Source: the human T2T-CHM13v2.0 reference genome, Homo sapiens
DNA: 64,000 nucleotides
Direction: 5' to 3' (one strand)
NCBI RefSeq assembly: GCF_009914755.1
Contig: NC_060937.1
The position numbers were made by a program, and so were the translations under genes. Shown here one piece after another: positions 25,901 to 40,480 of the stretch (positions are counted from its first letter, which is position 1; each line of letters opens with the position of its first letter). The notes under the pieces are model-generated. The model saw only the letters and a program-made list of their open reading frames with translations, searched no databases and was not told the origin of the DNA.

Positions 25901-27129
25901 AAAAGAATGAAAAAAGTATGGTGTTGAATAAGTCCATACCATAGAAACTCTAGACAGCAATAGTAGTTCCACAGTTCACCAAAACAAGATTGCAATGATA
26001 GAAATAAACAGTGTCGAACATGAAAGAAACAAGGATCAAGGCATGGTAATCCTTCACACTTCATATTTGCTAATAGTAATCTATGTGCCCTCCCCAACAT
26101 CAGACATCAATGGTCTACACTAAAAGACTGAAATAAAATATCTGTGCCATATCCATTATTCATAATTCATCTGTTTGTTTTGATTTTAAAATCCCTTTCT
26201 TATTTCAGAATTATTTTAATATGAAAAGGACTAGACATTGGATTTCTCAAAATGAGTCATAACTTAATATCCTGAATGTAACCAAAAGAATGACCAAATA
26301 TAATAAAAATGTCTACTTCTTTGTAATCTGTGATGTTTCTAATATGAAGCATGTGATTCTAATTTAGCAACATTTATAAAATAATTTCTTTCTTTCTATA
26401 TCTTAGCAATAGATATTTAAAACCAAAGGCTCACAAATTTTACAATACTTTTAGTGTACTTCAAAAATTATTGAAAGACATATTTTTGATACATTACTAT
26501 ATAGTGCATTAAAGACCTATTTTTTCATTAACTTACATGATTTTATGTATTATCCATTTGTAGCCTAGTTTATTATATGTACTGTGTCTGTAAGATATTA
26601 AAACCGCATTTCAGCTAGAATATTCTGCATTAAGACTATACATTAAGACAGATTTGCTGTTCTCTCATTTATTCTAAATTAATAAACGTTTACTAAATTG
26701 CCAGATGATTTCTATACTGTATGATCTCTGAATATTCCTTTCTGTCTATTGCCCTAGAGATGCGCAATATAAAATTCAAAATACTTAGTCCACTAAAGCC
26801 AAGAGCTAACAAGCAAAAATCCTTCCTGACACTCAAGAAACCATGAGAAAGCTGTCCAGAGGGAGAGAAGCTTCTGAGGTACATGGATAGAACTTTAAGC
26901 AAGCCAAAGGGGGCAGGGAGGAGACATTACAAGTTTCAGACATATTAAAGACATTTTTAGAGCCATCAAACATTGCTAATTTAGAAATGAAAAAGAATAA
27001 GCTAAATAAATTAAAAAGCTAACTTTTTGAAAAACAATTTCCAAACAGATGATATTTTCTCAAAATCATATCTTAATGATTCAGTAGCTATTATATATAT
27101 ATTTCTTCTTTTAGGATATTTTTATATGG

Positions 27130-27445
27130 CTACTGCTTGCTGCCACTGGATTTTAAAATTATGAGTAGGGTGGCTCCAAGAGACCTGTGATAATTTCAAC
27201 TGGAGGCAGCAGGAGCAGATATGTGATCCTATGTGGCCATTCCCCATCAGCAGTTTTTAGAAGCCACAGTTGGTATGGTAGAGCCAACCAATGGAAGAAC
27301 TCTGGTTCCTTGGGGAAGAGCTGCTCAGAAGAGTAACCTGACCTGCTTTGCAATTTGCATGAGGAAGAAATAAACCCTGTTATATTAAATCACTAGTAGT
27401 TCAGGATTTGTTTCTGCTACAAAGCCTAGTTTATCTTGACAATAC
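27130..27445 (+). mobile_element. Old ERVL/MaLR LTR fragment (MLT1/LTR16-like)
   Basis: gaaataaaccctg...gatttgtttct...cctagtttatcttgacaatac resembles the LTR 3' terminus. Confidence 0.45.
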
Positions 27446-27570
27446 TCTCTTACAAGCTAGATAACACCATCTTCAATTTCTCCCTCTTATTCACTCACTA
27501 CATCACATCAGTCCACACATTTATTTAGCTTCTCTAACTACTGAGCTAAGTTCAACTATTGCTATTATAA

Positions 27571-27759
27571 ACCTGGATAACATAGCAAGACCCCATTGCT
27601 ACAAATAATTAAAAATTAGCCAGGCATGGAGGTACATGCCTGTAGTCCTAGCTAGTTGGGAGGCTGAGGTGGGAGGATCACCTGAGCTAAGGAGTTTAAG
27701 CCTGCAGTGAGCTATGATCTTGCCACTGACCTCCAAGAGAAAGACCCTGTCTCAAAAAA
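27571..27759 (+). mobile_element. AluJ, 5'-truncated
   Basis: cctggataacatagcaagacccc...gggaggatcacctgag...gaccctgtctc; ttgctattataa repeated at 27559 and 27804. Confidence 0.85.
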
Positions 27760-28219
27760 TATGCTTTATTTTTAATTTTTAAGAAATTTTCTTTATTTCT
27801 AAGTTGCTATTATAATACTAAGATCTGTTATAATAGCCTCCTAATTGGTTTCTCTGCTTGCAGACATCTCTTGCCCTCCATTACCCTCCATATCAATCCC
27901 TTTAAGTGTCACCTAGGTTACCCTTCTAAAGTTCAAAACTAATTGAGCCATTCACCTGCTTAAAAACATTCCAGAGTTTACCTTTCTACCTCATTTCCTA
28001 CAATATTGCCATTTGTGCTTACCATGGAAAACTCCTCATCTTCCATGAACACCCCAAACTTTTCACACTTCTTTGCTTACTGTCTACTCACTCTAACCTG
28101 ATGGCCCACCTCGCTCTCCCTTTCTCAGCTTGGCAGCCTCCCATGATAAAGCACTTGCTGGCACAAATCGGTGGAATGAATCACACCTTGTGCGTGTGCT
28201 CTGCAAATTGCTCTGCTAT

Positions 28220-28470
28220 AACAATAGTAATAACTAATATTTATTGAAGACTTACTTTTTATCAGGCACTTAAACACTTTCTACATAGATTGTTCCATTT
28301 AATTCTCACAAAAAGTCTATGAGGTGGCTGTTACTATTATGCCCATTTTACAAATGAGGAAACTAAGGATTGGGTTGAGTAGCCAACCCATGTTTTTACA
28401 CAGCTGGTAGGTGATAGAACCGGCATAAGAACTTATCTCAGTTGGACACATGAATATCAGATTTATGCAC
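28220..28470 (-). mobile_element. MIR SINE
   Basis: aatatttattga...atttaattctcacaa...cccattttacaaatgaggaaactaagg. Confidence 0.8.
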
Positions 28471-28699
28471 GTAACCACTATGCTTCTTGGTCTCCATTCA
28501 AGACCTAAATGTCTTGGCCCAGTACACTGCCTCTAATCTCTTTTCCTACCTTTCCTCCCGTATACTCAGCAACTTAGCTGTATTAGGCAGACATGTGCTT
28601 AGCATGTTATTTCCTCATCCCCTTTTCTTAATTCCCCATGTTGAATGAATGCCTCCCTCACTGCTTCCTACACACATCTGTTGTAGCCTGGACTACCCT

Positions 28700-28863
28700 G
28701 TGCCCTAACCACTGGTGCAATTTTCTCTTTTGCTCTGAAACCAAAGAGCTACTTGAGGGCTGACATTATGCTTAGTCTCTAACCCCAGCACCTGCCTGTC
28801 TGGCTTGCACCAAGCTCTCAATAAGTGTGTCTGAGTGAGTGAATGAGTGAATGAATGAATGAT
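28700..28863 (+). mobile_element. L2 3' terminus
   Basis: gagctacttgagggc...ccccagcacct...ctcaataagtg, ending in (gaat)n. Confidence 0.7.
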
Positions 28864-29234
28864 GTAGATTTTAATATTCACATTTTATCATTATTAAAAA
28901 CTTGGTCTTCCAAGTTGTTAACTTTTTATTTTTGAATAAAGGACTTTTTTGTCCCTTTTAAACAACTTCCTGATGAAAGATTCCATTTGTGAGTTATATT
29001 ACAATTCCATTTTATATTGTATTTCTTGATTCATTATTTATTTCACTCATATATGAATGAGCAGATACATATTACAGATAATTAAAGCCCTATAGTGAGA
29101 ATTAAACTGAAATTTTCTCCTAAACTTTTTATTAGAAAAACTTAAATTTCAAAACTTAAATCTTAAAATGTAACATTTTCAATTTTATCATTTCTCTTGT
29201 AGTTTCCCGAAGGATCTAATAGTCACCTGAGAAA

Positions 29235-29465
29235 ACAATAATAATCATGGTCTAAAAGTATTGAGCTTATTTTATGTGACAATCTCTGTTTTCATGTTTT
29301 ACATTAAGTAGTTCATATATTCCCCATAGCAACTCTACAAGATTGATATTATTATTATCTCCATTTTACAGATGAAGAAACTGAGAAACTTTGAGATTAA
29401 GTAACTAATTTAATGTCACACAGCTAGTGAAAACAGAATGTGAAGGCTATTTTCAAACTCAAAGT
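29235..29465 (-). mobile_element. MIR SINE
   Basis: attattatctccattttacagatgaagaaactgag...gtcacacagctagt. Confidence 0.8.
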
Positions 29466-30827
29466 CATCTTATATGAGTATTTCAAGGGAAGATGAAGTT
29501 TTTCATGTTAATACCTATACTTCCAAACTAGTAAGAATGATAAAATGTAAGTAGCCCATATTTAAGCTATGAGAAAATTATAGGGGAGATAGATAAAAGA
29601 TTCTCACATATTGCATTTGATCCTGATTGCATATCCTATGATGTCTTGGTGTAGTATACTCCATGAACTCCCTTCTCCTACAGTACACATATAAGAAGAT
29701 AGATTTGTAAAGAGATTTCTTTCTTGTTCCGGCCTCAATATTCACATTACTGAAGCTTTTGACTATTTGGCTGAGTTGATAGAGCTCGTATATAGAGGTT
29801 CAGGAGGACTAAAACCTTACGATTAATTTTATTATTTTGTGGATCACTTAAAATTATGGTGACTTGCTGATCGTGCATTGTATACAAATACTGCCTCTGA
29901 TCCTGTCTTCGAAGATCTTATGATCTAGCATGAAAAATAAATAACTGGAATGCAAGACACTAAAAGGTATTATGGTACAAATAGAATCTGAGTTAGCACT
30001 TCAAGTAGAAGAAAAATTTCAACAAGTGATCATAAGGAATATAAATCTGGCCAAGGGCAATAAGGTGGAAGCTAGACACTTGGGGCACAGCCAGAGAACA
30101 GATGGGCTGGCAAATGGAGTATGTGAAGGGAAAGATTGGAAAGCAAAAAGGGAAGATCTTTGAAACCCATTATACAGGGCCTTGAATAAGAAGCTAAGAA
30201 GTTAATGGAACTCTTTAGGAATTGGAAAGTTGACGGAGGTTTCAGAAAGATATTTTCTGGCAAAACTATCTAATAGAAGAGAAAAGAGAGAAGCCAGAGA
30301 CTAGAAATTATGAGGCTATTGCAATACATCAAATTGTTCGATAATAAGGACTTAAAGGAGATGGGGAGAATAATCAAATTTACAAGATGGTGTAAAAATA
30401 GAAGCTATAGGCCTTGTAACAAATCGTGTGTGAGAGAGAACACTCAAAGTTTCAAGTCTTGTTGATCTTGGGACTATTGAGGGCTTTATTCAGAATAGAA
30501 AACACAACAGCAGAAAAAAGCTCCAAGTGAAGGATGACTTTCATATCCGGACATGTTATATTCTGTGGGACTGTCCAGTGGAGATGCCTAAGTGGCAGGA
30601 CCAGACTTCAGAAGAGAGTCTGTGCTGAAAATATATGTTTCTAGGAAGTGACTTGAACCCACAAGATTCTAACAGATGCCCAATAAGGAAAAGGCGGCTG
30701 ATAGAATGCAAACGTTAAGGAAGTGACGAAGAAGCCTCCAGAAAAAGAGCAGGCAGCAGGGAGAAGACTAAAATGAAAGGAACAGAGTCACAGAAAACAA
30801 GGAAGTAGAAAGTTTACATAAGAGCAA

Positions 30828-30910
30828 CCAGGGCACCGTGGCTAACACCTGTAATCCTAGCACTTTGGGAGGCTGAGTTGGGCAGAGCACTTGAGTCCAG
30901 GAGTTTGAGA
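30828..30910 (+). mobile_element. Tailless Alu 5' fragment (about 80 bp) between 18-bp direct repeats
   Basis: gtggctaacacctgtaatcctagcactttgggaggctgag...caggagtttgaga; agaaagtttacataagag at 30807-30824 and 30908-30925. Confidence 0.88.
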
Positions 30911-31489
30911 AAGTTTACATAAGAGAGTTAAATTTTGCAAAAACACCTGGGGAGAATTATAAGGAAGATGACAGTGAAATGAAGTGCTGATCAGATGGAA
31001 CATGAGGACAACACATAATCTGGGCCTGCCCTGGGCAAACCAAGACATAGGGTCAGCCTTATTATAATTGAACAAGTAATTGGTGAATTTCAAGAAATTT
31101 TCAACTTGACAAAATCAACCTAAGTGCAATGTCTCATGGCAGCGCTGCGTGTCCAGACTCTCTTGCAGAGCTCTACCATTTCACGTCCCTCAAAGAAGAT
31201 GAAGATCTGGAAACCGAAAAATAAGATAAAGACTAAGAAATTGATATGAACTACTTTTTAAAAGAAAAAGAAAATAAGAAATATATCCCTTCAACAGGAA
31301 TTTATTGAGTGGTTGTCCTACATAAGATGGTAGATGATACAAATTAGAATAAAAAGTGGTCTCTGCCCTTGGAGAACTCATTACCTATTTAGGGAAAGAA
31401 TGTGCTTATAGTTAGAAATATAAGAGTCCTTTAAATAAGATTCAGAAACCTAAAATCAATATAGAAAATGAATTAAAGAAAAAAGAGAG

Positions 31490-31774
<285 letters not shown>

Positions 31775-31849
31775 TAAAAATTATTTAAGAATTTCAAAAT
31801 CATCCAAGCAGAATTAAAGAACATATTTCAGAGAAAAATGAGCAGGCCC

Positions 31850-32228
<379 letters not shown>

Positions 32229-33999
32229 TTACCATGTTATCATATTGTCCTCATTAACAGCAAAAACAATAGCATGAGCACCTACCACTACTGTCACAAG
32301 GGCACTTGGTATGTGACATAATTAACTAACTGAACATTAAATGGCATAAAACCTAAAATATGATTTTGGAATGTTAGGATCTTTATATTTAAAGTACAAT
32401 CCTCTGCAAATGATTTAGTCTATAAGCTAGTTGTGACTGCTCATATTACACAATTGACTAGGTTTTAGAATGTGTCAATGAAGCTCGCATATCCACTGGA
32501 GGTAAAAAGTAATAATCCCTCAATTACTAGGGATCCCTAATGAAAAAAAAAATTGGTGGTATTGAAATGAATCAAGTCAGAAAAATGCTTCCAACTTTCT
32601 AGACTTATTTTGGCAAAGGGTGAACAAATAAATTAAGTGGTTAGTAAATACATCTGGGATGCAAAGCAGCAATGCAAATAACAATCCATTTTTTATAATT
32701 AAAGCTTAGCTAAACTATCATTTGGTCACATTGATAATTTTTTATAGAACTGTAAATACCAACAGGGAATTTGTAGAGAAAAATTGCCTTGCAGCATTTT
32801 TGAAAAAAATTAATGCATATTCAATATTGATCTTGAATTGTGCATGTTAAACTGTGCCTCTCAAGTAAAATATTCTTGAAGAAGTCAATAATATGCCATA
32901 ATTTCCTATGACACTAATAAAATAATGAAAATGACAATTCATTTTTGTTTACTTGTCTATGACTTAATGGATGGATAAATTTTGTTAAAAGAGGAAGCAC
33001 AAACTTGGTGCATAGTAGGCATATTTATAAAACAATTGTGATTGATTTTTTGGGTCACTTTCCTAAGACAGAACGTGAAATAATCAATCTCTTGGAATTC
33101 CTTCCTGAAAAGCGTTTTTATAGCCGTTGATATATGCGATGAATTTCAGAGGACCAAAGCCACATATATTAAGTAGTTTGTTTGTTCCCTAAGATATAAT
33201 AGAATAATGGTGTTGCAAATAAAGTCCAAGGAAGCTAAAAATATGCAAAGCAGTGCCATTGTAATGACTTTATATGTAACACTACTAATTCTATTAACTC
33301 AAAATTGCTGAAATTAGTAACACTAAAGCTGTTTTCTTGTACTCAAGGGACGCTTGTAAGGAAAAAAATAACTGAGCAGTGAGATAGCCAAGTGAAGTCT
33401 TAGATTAAAAAAAAAAATACAGAGCAAATATGAACTATTTTCCATCTAATCCAATTTTGCTGTTCATCCATTATGAGAATGCAATGAATCAAGGACTTAG
33501 GTTTACTCAATACGCCAACGAGATTTGCAGTAACTAGTTTGCACAAGAAAATACAAACAACGTATCTTAAGAAAATAATTCTGAACCTGATTCTCCCTGG
33601 TGCCTGTTATTTTCTAGTCATCATTCAAATTCTTAGAAAGGCATGTTAACCCTTTCAAGACACAGATAATCCACTTAGGCTATAGTAGAAACATTAAAGT
33701 AACAGTTAAGTTGCCTCTTAAACCCACAAACTTGCAGCCCAGGAGTTCCTTAGATGATGAGAATTCCTCTGAGGCACACATTTTCTGGAGAAAATACTGT
33801 TTGTCCACAGTGTGAGATTAACTATGATGTTTAGAGAGCTGGAATGTTAAGCAGAATAGTAACTTAGGTAAAAAAACTAATTTTAAAAAATTAGAGTTGG
33901 CTCATCTATGGAACAATAGGACTTAAAAGAAAAAGGAAGATCTAGCCCCTTCTTGATTTATTGGAGTCTTCCAAAAAAAGGGAAAATCCAAGTTAGTAA

Positions 34000-35268
34000 A
34001 TCTTTTCCATCACCATGTTAAAAAAAAATTTTAACTCAAAATGGAGCATAGAACTAAAATGTAAAAACTAAAACTATAAAATATCCAAAAGAAAATTTAG
34101 GGGGAAAAATCTCTGTCACCCTAGCTTAAGGAAAGATTTTTTAGATATGACACAAAAAGCAGGATCTGTAAAAGAAAAATAAAAATGATAAATCAGACTT
34201 CATTAATATTAAAATCTTCTGCTCTTTGAAAGATGCTGTAAAGAGAAGGAAAAGACGATCAACATTGATCTGGAGAAAATATTTGCAAAACATAATTTGA
34301 TAAAGAAGAACTCATTTCTAGATATATAAAAACTTTTAAAAATGGAAAACAATGTAGTTTTTAAATGGGCAAAAGATTTGAACAGACATCCACCAGAGAA
34401 GATACACTTACTGCAAATAAGCACATAAAATGATGGTAATTATTATTAGTCTCTAGAGAACTCCAAACTAAAACCACAATGAGATACCACTAGATACCTA
34501 TTAGAATGTCTAAAATTTTAAATACAGACCATACCAAGTGTCAACAAAAATGTGGAGTAACTGGAACTTTCATACACTGCCAACAGGAGTGGAAAATGGT
34601 ACAACCACTTCAGATACAGTTTGGCAGTCTGTTAAAATGTTAAATAGACACCTGCCATATGATCTAGCCATTGTATCCTTCTATTTACCAAAGAGAAATT
34701 AAAACTTATGTCTATACAAAAACTTGCACATGAGTGTTCATAGTTTCATTTGTAATTGCAAATATGTCATTATTATCATTTCTATTTTACCATAGAGGAA
34801 ACTTGAATTCATATGGATTAAGTAAAGTGCTCAGAATTCAAAACAACCCAAATGTCCCCCAACAGGGTAATATATTCATACAATACAAACGAGCCACAAA
34901 GGGATATACTGCTGATGCACAGAATGACATGGATAAATCTCAAAATGATTATGTTGTGTCAAAGAACCCAGATAAAAAAAGAGTACATGCTGTGTGTGAT
35001 TCCATTTATATAAAACTCTAGAAAATGCAAGCTAATCTACAGTAACAGAAGGTAGATCAGCAGTTTCTGGGACAGGGCTGAAGACAGTAGGAGAGTTTGG
35101 GAGAAAAGGTATGAGGAGGAAGTACAAAAGGGGATAAGGTAATATTTGGGTGTGATTGACATGATCATCATCTTGATTGTGATGATGACTCCACAGGTCA
35201 AAACTTTTCCAGTAGTAAACTTTAAATATATGTAGTGTATTGTATACTAATTATATCTCAATAAAGAC
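34000..35268 (+). mobile_element. Old L1M (L1MB/MC-type) 3' region
   Basis: Decayed ORF2 3' end (aaatgggcaaaagatttgaacagaca, aaaccacaatgagataccac) and 3'UTR ending ttatatctcaataaag. Confidence 0.8.
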
Positions 35269-35578
35269 TTTTTTTTTTTTTTTTTTTTGACAGTCTTGCT
35301 CTGTCGCCCAGGCTGGACGTAGTGGCGCAATCTCGGCTCACTGCAAGCTCCGCCTCCTGGGTTCACGCCCTTCTCTTGCCTCAGCCTCCCGAGTAGCTGG
35401 GACTACAGGCACCCGCCACCTTGCCTGGCTAATTTTATTTTATTTTATTTTTATATTTTTAGTAGAGACAAGATTTCACCATGTTAGCCAGGATGGTCTC
35501 GATCTCCTGACCTCGTGATCCACCCGCCTCAGCCTCCCAAAGTGCTGGGATTACAGGCGTGAGCCACCGCACCCGGCC
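35269..35578 (-). mobile_element. AluY
   Basis: ctgcaagctccgcc, gttcacgcc, ggatggtctcgatctcctgacctcgtgatcc; aataaag flanks both sides. Confidence 0.95.
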
Positions 35579-35869
35579 AATAAAGCCATTTTTTAATGAA
35601 GCTCTAATTCCTTTTTTGCTTTACTGGAATCTTTCAGACCAAGGAAAATACAAATAAGTAGAAAATATTTTCATCATAAACTACTGAGTTTAGTCTGTTT
35701 AATGGAGTCCGAATTCACAGCATCTTACTTTCAAACTTCTTGGTGCATGTGGCACCCCCATTACTGATCTCACAATCTCAAGTGAATTTTACAGTTCTTG
35801 TTTGTGCACCTAGGAATCTTAACTGGCTTTTAAAAGCTAATCTTTAAAGCTAATTTAAATGTTTGATAT

Positions 35870-36060
35870 GCACTATTTCATTTAAGTCTCATGATAATGC
35901 CATGAGGTAGACATCATCATTATTATTTCTATTTTACAGTACAGGAAATTGGGGCTCATAAGTTAATTGCTTAAGGTCACATAGCCAGTAATTCCTAGAG
36001 CCAGGATTTGAATTCAAGCCATCAGAAACTAGAGGGCATGTGCCTAAACACAATGCTATG
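35870..36060 (-). mobile_element. MIR SINE
   Basis: catgaggtag...attttacag...aaggtcacatagccagta...agagccaggatttgaattc. Confidence 0.75.
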
Positions 36061-36134
36061 TTGCTTCAATGTAGTACAAGACTGTGTGGTCATGTGATTA
36101 TTGATTTGCCACTAGGAAGAAATAGAGAAAAGGA

Positions 36135-36603
36135 ATATTAATTTCCTAGATCTGCCATAATAAAATAAGAAAAACTAGTTACCTTAAAACAATAGAAATT
36201 TATTTTCTCACAGTTCTGGAGGCTAGAAGTCTGAAACGAAGGTGTTAGCCCAGCACGCTCTGTTTCTGATGGGTCTAGGGAAGATCTTTCCTTGCCTCCT
36301 CTACTTTCTGGAGTTTGCTGGCAATCCTTAACATTCTTTGGCATGTAAACTCATTATTCCAGTCATATAGGCATCTTCTCCTTGTGCCTCTTCACATCAT
36401 CTTCTCTGTATGCAATATCTCTTTCCAAGTCCAAATTTCCCCCTTTTTAAGGACCTTAGTCGTAGAGGATTAGGACCCACCCTAATAACCTCATTTTGAT
36501 TACCTCTGCAAAGACCCTATTTCCGAATAAGGTCATATTCTGAGCTACTGAGTATTAGGACTTCAACATTTCTATCTGGGAGAACATACTTCAACCTATA
36601 ACA
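36135..36603 (-). mobile_element. MLT1 (B/C-like) MaLR solo LTR
   Basis: aaatttattttctcacagttctggaggctagaagtc...aagaccctatttccgaataaggtca...ttcaacctataaca. Confidence 0.85.
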
Positions 36604-37179
36604 AGAGGTAACAGGAAATAGAGCTAAAGGATGTGAGAAAACTGTAAGATTTGCTTTATAATGATGAATCAATTCCTGATCTTAAACATTGGTAGAACCT
36701 ATTGTGGATCCATAAAACTGTAAGTATGAGTTTGCGATCAATCAGCTACCTGGAAATTTGTAGGAAAAGAATGCATCATAGGCGGCTTTCTTACTTAAAG
36801 CCCTAGTTTTCTGTACAATGTTCTGATTTTTACAAATTATAATATCACTAGTTGGGCATATAATGGCTTCACTCTTTTATTAATTCTGTAAATAGTAATT
36901 GAGCCCTCTATTATATGCCAGGAATAGTGCTGGCTACTGGGGATAGAGTTGAAACATCAGAGTCTAGCATAAAGGCAGATAAGTTTATCAAGTGCAATAG
37001 TGTGAAAAAGGCCTTCATAGAGGTTTACATAGTATGCTATTGGGTCCAAAAGAAAACAAATTACTCTACTCGAAAAGGAGGTAATTAATGATCAAGGAAA
37101 ACCTGCGACAATTTTTAAAAGACTCGGAGCAGCCTGGCAGGCAGCAAAAGTTGGAAGGGGCATTTCAGAATGCATAAAG

Positions 37180-38400
37180 TTAACATGGCCCAAACAACCC
37201 CTGTTGTTCCCCCAAACCCTCCCCACATCAGTCAATAGCAACTCCATCTTTCCAATTGCTCAGAACAGAAGACTTGGACTCATTTTTGCCTCCTCTCCTT
37301 TTCTCATACCTTTATCCAAACTGTCCAGAAAGACGGTTGTTTCTGCCTTCAAAATTTATCCACAATCTGACGACTTTTCACCACCACTGCTGTTCAAAGC
37401 TACCATCATCTTGCATGTGGAATTGAAGCCTTCCTAGCCTTGCTGCTTCTAGTTTTGCCACCCTCTATAGTCCTTTCTCAACATAGCATCCAGCATTATC
37501 ACTTCAAAATGTAAGTCAGATCATGGTGGTCCTCTGCAATGACTCTCCATTTCACTGAAACTAAAAGCCGAAGCCTTTACAATGGTCTAGAAGACTTTCA
37601 AGATTAAGCCCTTCAACCTCCCTCTCTCCCTTCCCTGCCACCATTATCTCTTAGACTCCTTCATCCTACTCATTTCTATCCAGTCACACTGGTCTCCTTG
37701 CTATTCCTAAGACAGGACAAGCATATTCCCATACCAGGGTGTGTGCACTGGCTGTTTCTCTGCTGGAATATTTTTCTTCCAGATACCCACGTGGCTAATT
37801 CCCTCTCCTTCAAGTCTTACTCAAATGTCACCTACCCCAAATACCCTATATGAAATTGCATCTCACCTTTACCACCAAACTACCACCTCACATTCTCAAT
37901 TCCTGCTTTAACCTCATCATAGTGCTTATTATCTTTTTTTTTTCTTAAGACTGAGTCTCACTCTGTCACCCAGGCTGGAGTGTAGTGGCGTGATCTCAGC
38001 TCACTGTAACTTCCAATCCTCAGGTTCAAGCGATTCTCCCACCTCAGCCTCCTAAGTAGCTGGGATTACAGGTGCATGCCACCACTCCCAGCTAATTTTT
38101 GTATGCCACCACTAATTTTGCATGCCACCACTCCCAGCTAATTTAGTAGAGACGGGGTTTCTCCATGTTGGCCAGGCTGCTCTCAAACTCCTGACCTCAG
38201 ATGACCTGCCCACCTCGGCCTCCCAAAGTGCTGAAATTACAGGCATGAGCCACCGCACCCAGCCTCCTTCTAACATGCTGTAATTTACTTATCAATGATG
38301 CTCATTTCTAGTCAATCTTCCTTCAGCAGAATATAAGCCCCATAAGGGTAGAGGTCTTTGTTCTCTTCATAGATCTCTTCTAGATACAGAGGCTGTTACA
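37180..38400 (+). mobile_element. L2a region interrupted by an Alu
   Basis: aactccatctttccaattgctcag...gtaagtcagatcatg...actcaaatgtcacc...agaatataagccccataagggtagag. Confidence 0.75.
37934..38264 (-). mobile_element. AluS with an internal duplication
   Basis: Alu body with tgcatgccaccactcccagctaattt twice (38073, 38119). Confidence 0.92.
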
Positions 38401-38739
38401 TAATATTCACCTTTTTCAAAATAAATGAAAAGCTCATTGAAGTCAGAAAAAAAGGAATTCCATTGACTGCAAATAATTGTTGTTGCCAGAGCATTAGGAG
38501 CATGCAGGATAAGTGCAGAAGGGAAAATTGGATTTGCAGAGGATCCTTCCGTGCTCTGTTAACAAGAACCATTGATTAGATTTATACAGAGAATGAACAT
38601 GCTCATATTTGCATATTATATCACTCTGACAATCATGTAAATTAACCATCCCCCACTTTCAATGTTCACCAAAATCAAATTTCTAAAATGGTTTTTATGG
38701 TATCATAAACCTGACCTTTTCTGAGTGCAATAGAAGCGT

Positions 38740-38945
38740 AATTCTTCAGAGTACACACCCTGGAACAGACCGCCTGAGTTTAAATCCATTTCCACCAATA
38801 GCTATAGGACCTGCAGCAAATTACTCAGCTTCTTTTTGCCTCATCTGTAAATAAAATGGGCTGTTTTAAGGCTTAAAGAGTCTAAATAAGTAAAACTCTT
38901 AGAACAGTAACCTGGACAGAGTAAGAACTGTATAATTATTTTTTA
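38740..38945 (+). mobile_element. MIR SINE
   Basis: cagaccgcctgagtttaaatcc...cctcatctgtaaa...cttagaacagtaacctggaca. Confidence 0.75.
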
Positions 38946-39048
38946 ACATAGTATTACTGTTCAGTGGCTATAAGCAAGATTTTTGTTCTCTCAATATTCT
39001 CTACAAGAAGTAATATTTAAGTTAATCAGGCCAGCAATCCTCTCATAG

Positions 39049-40480
<1,432 letters not shown>

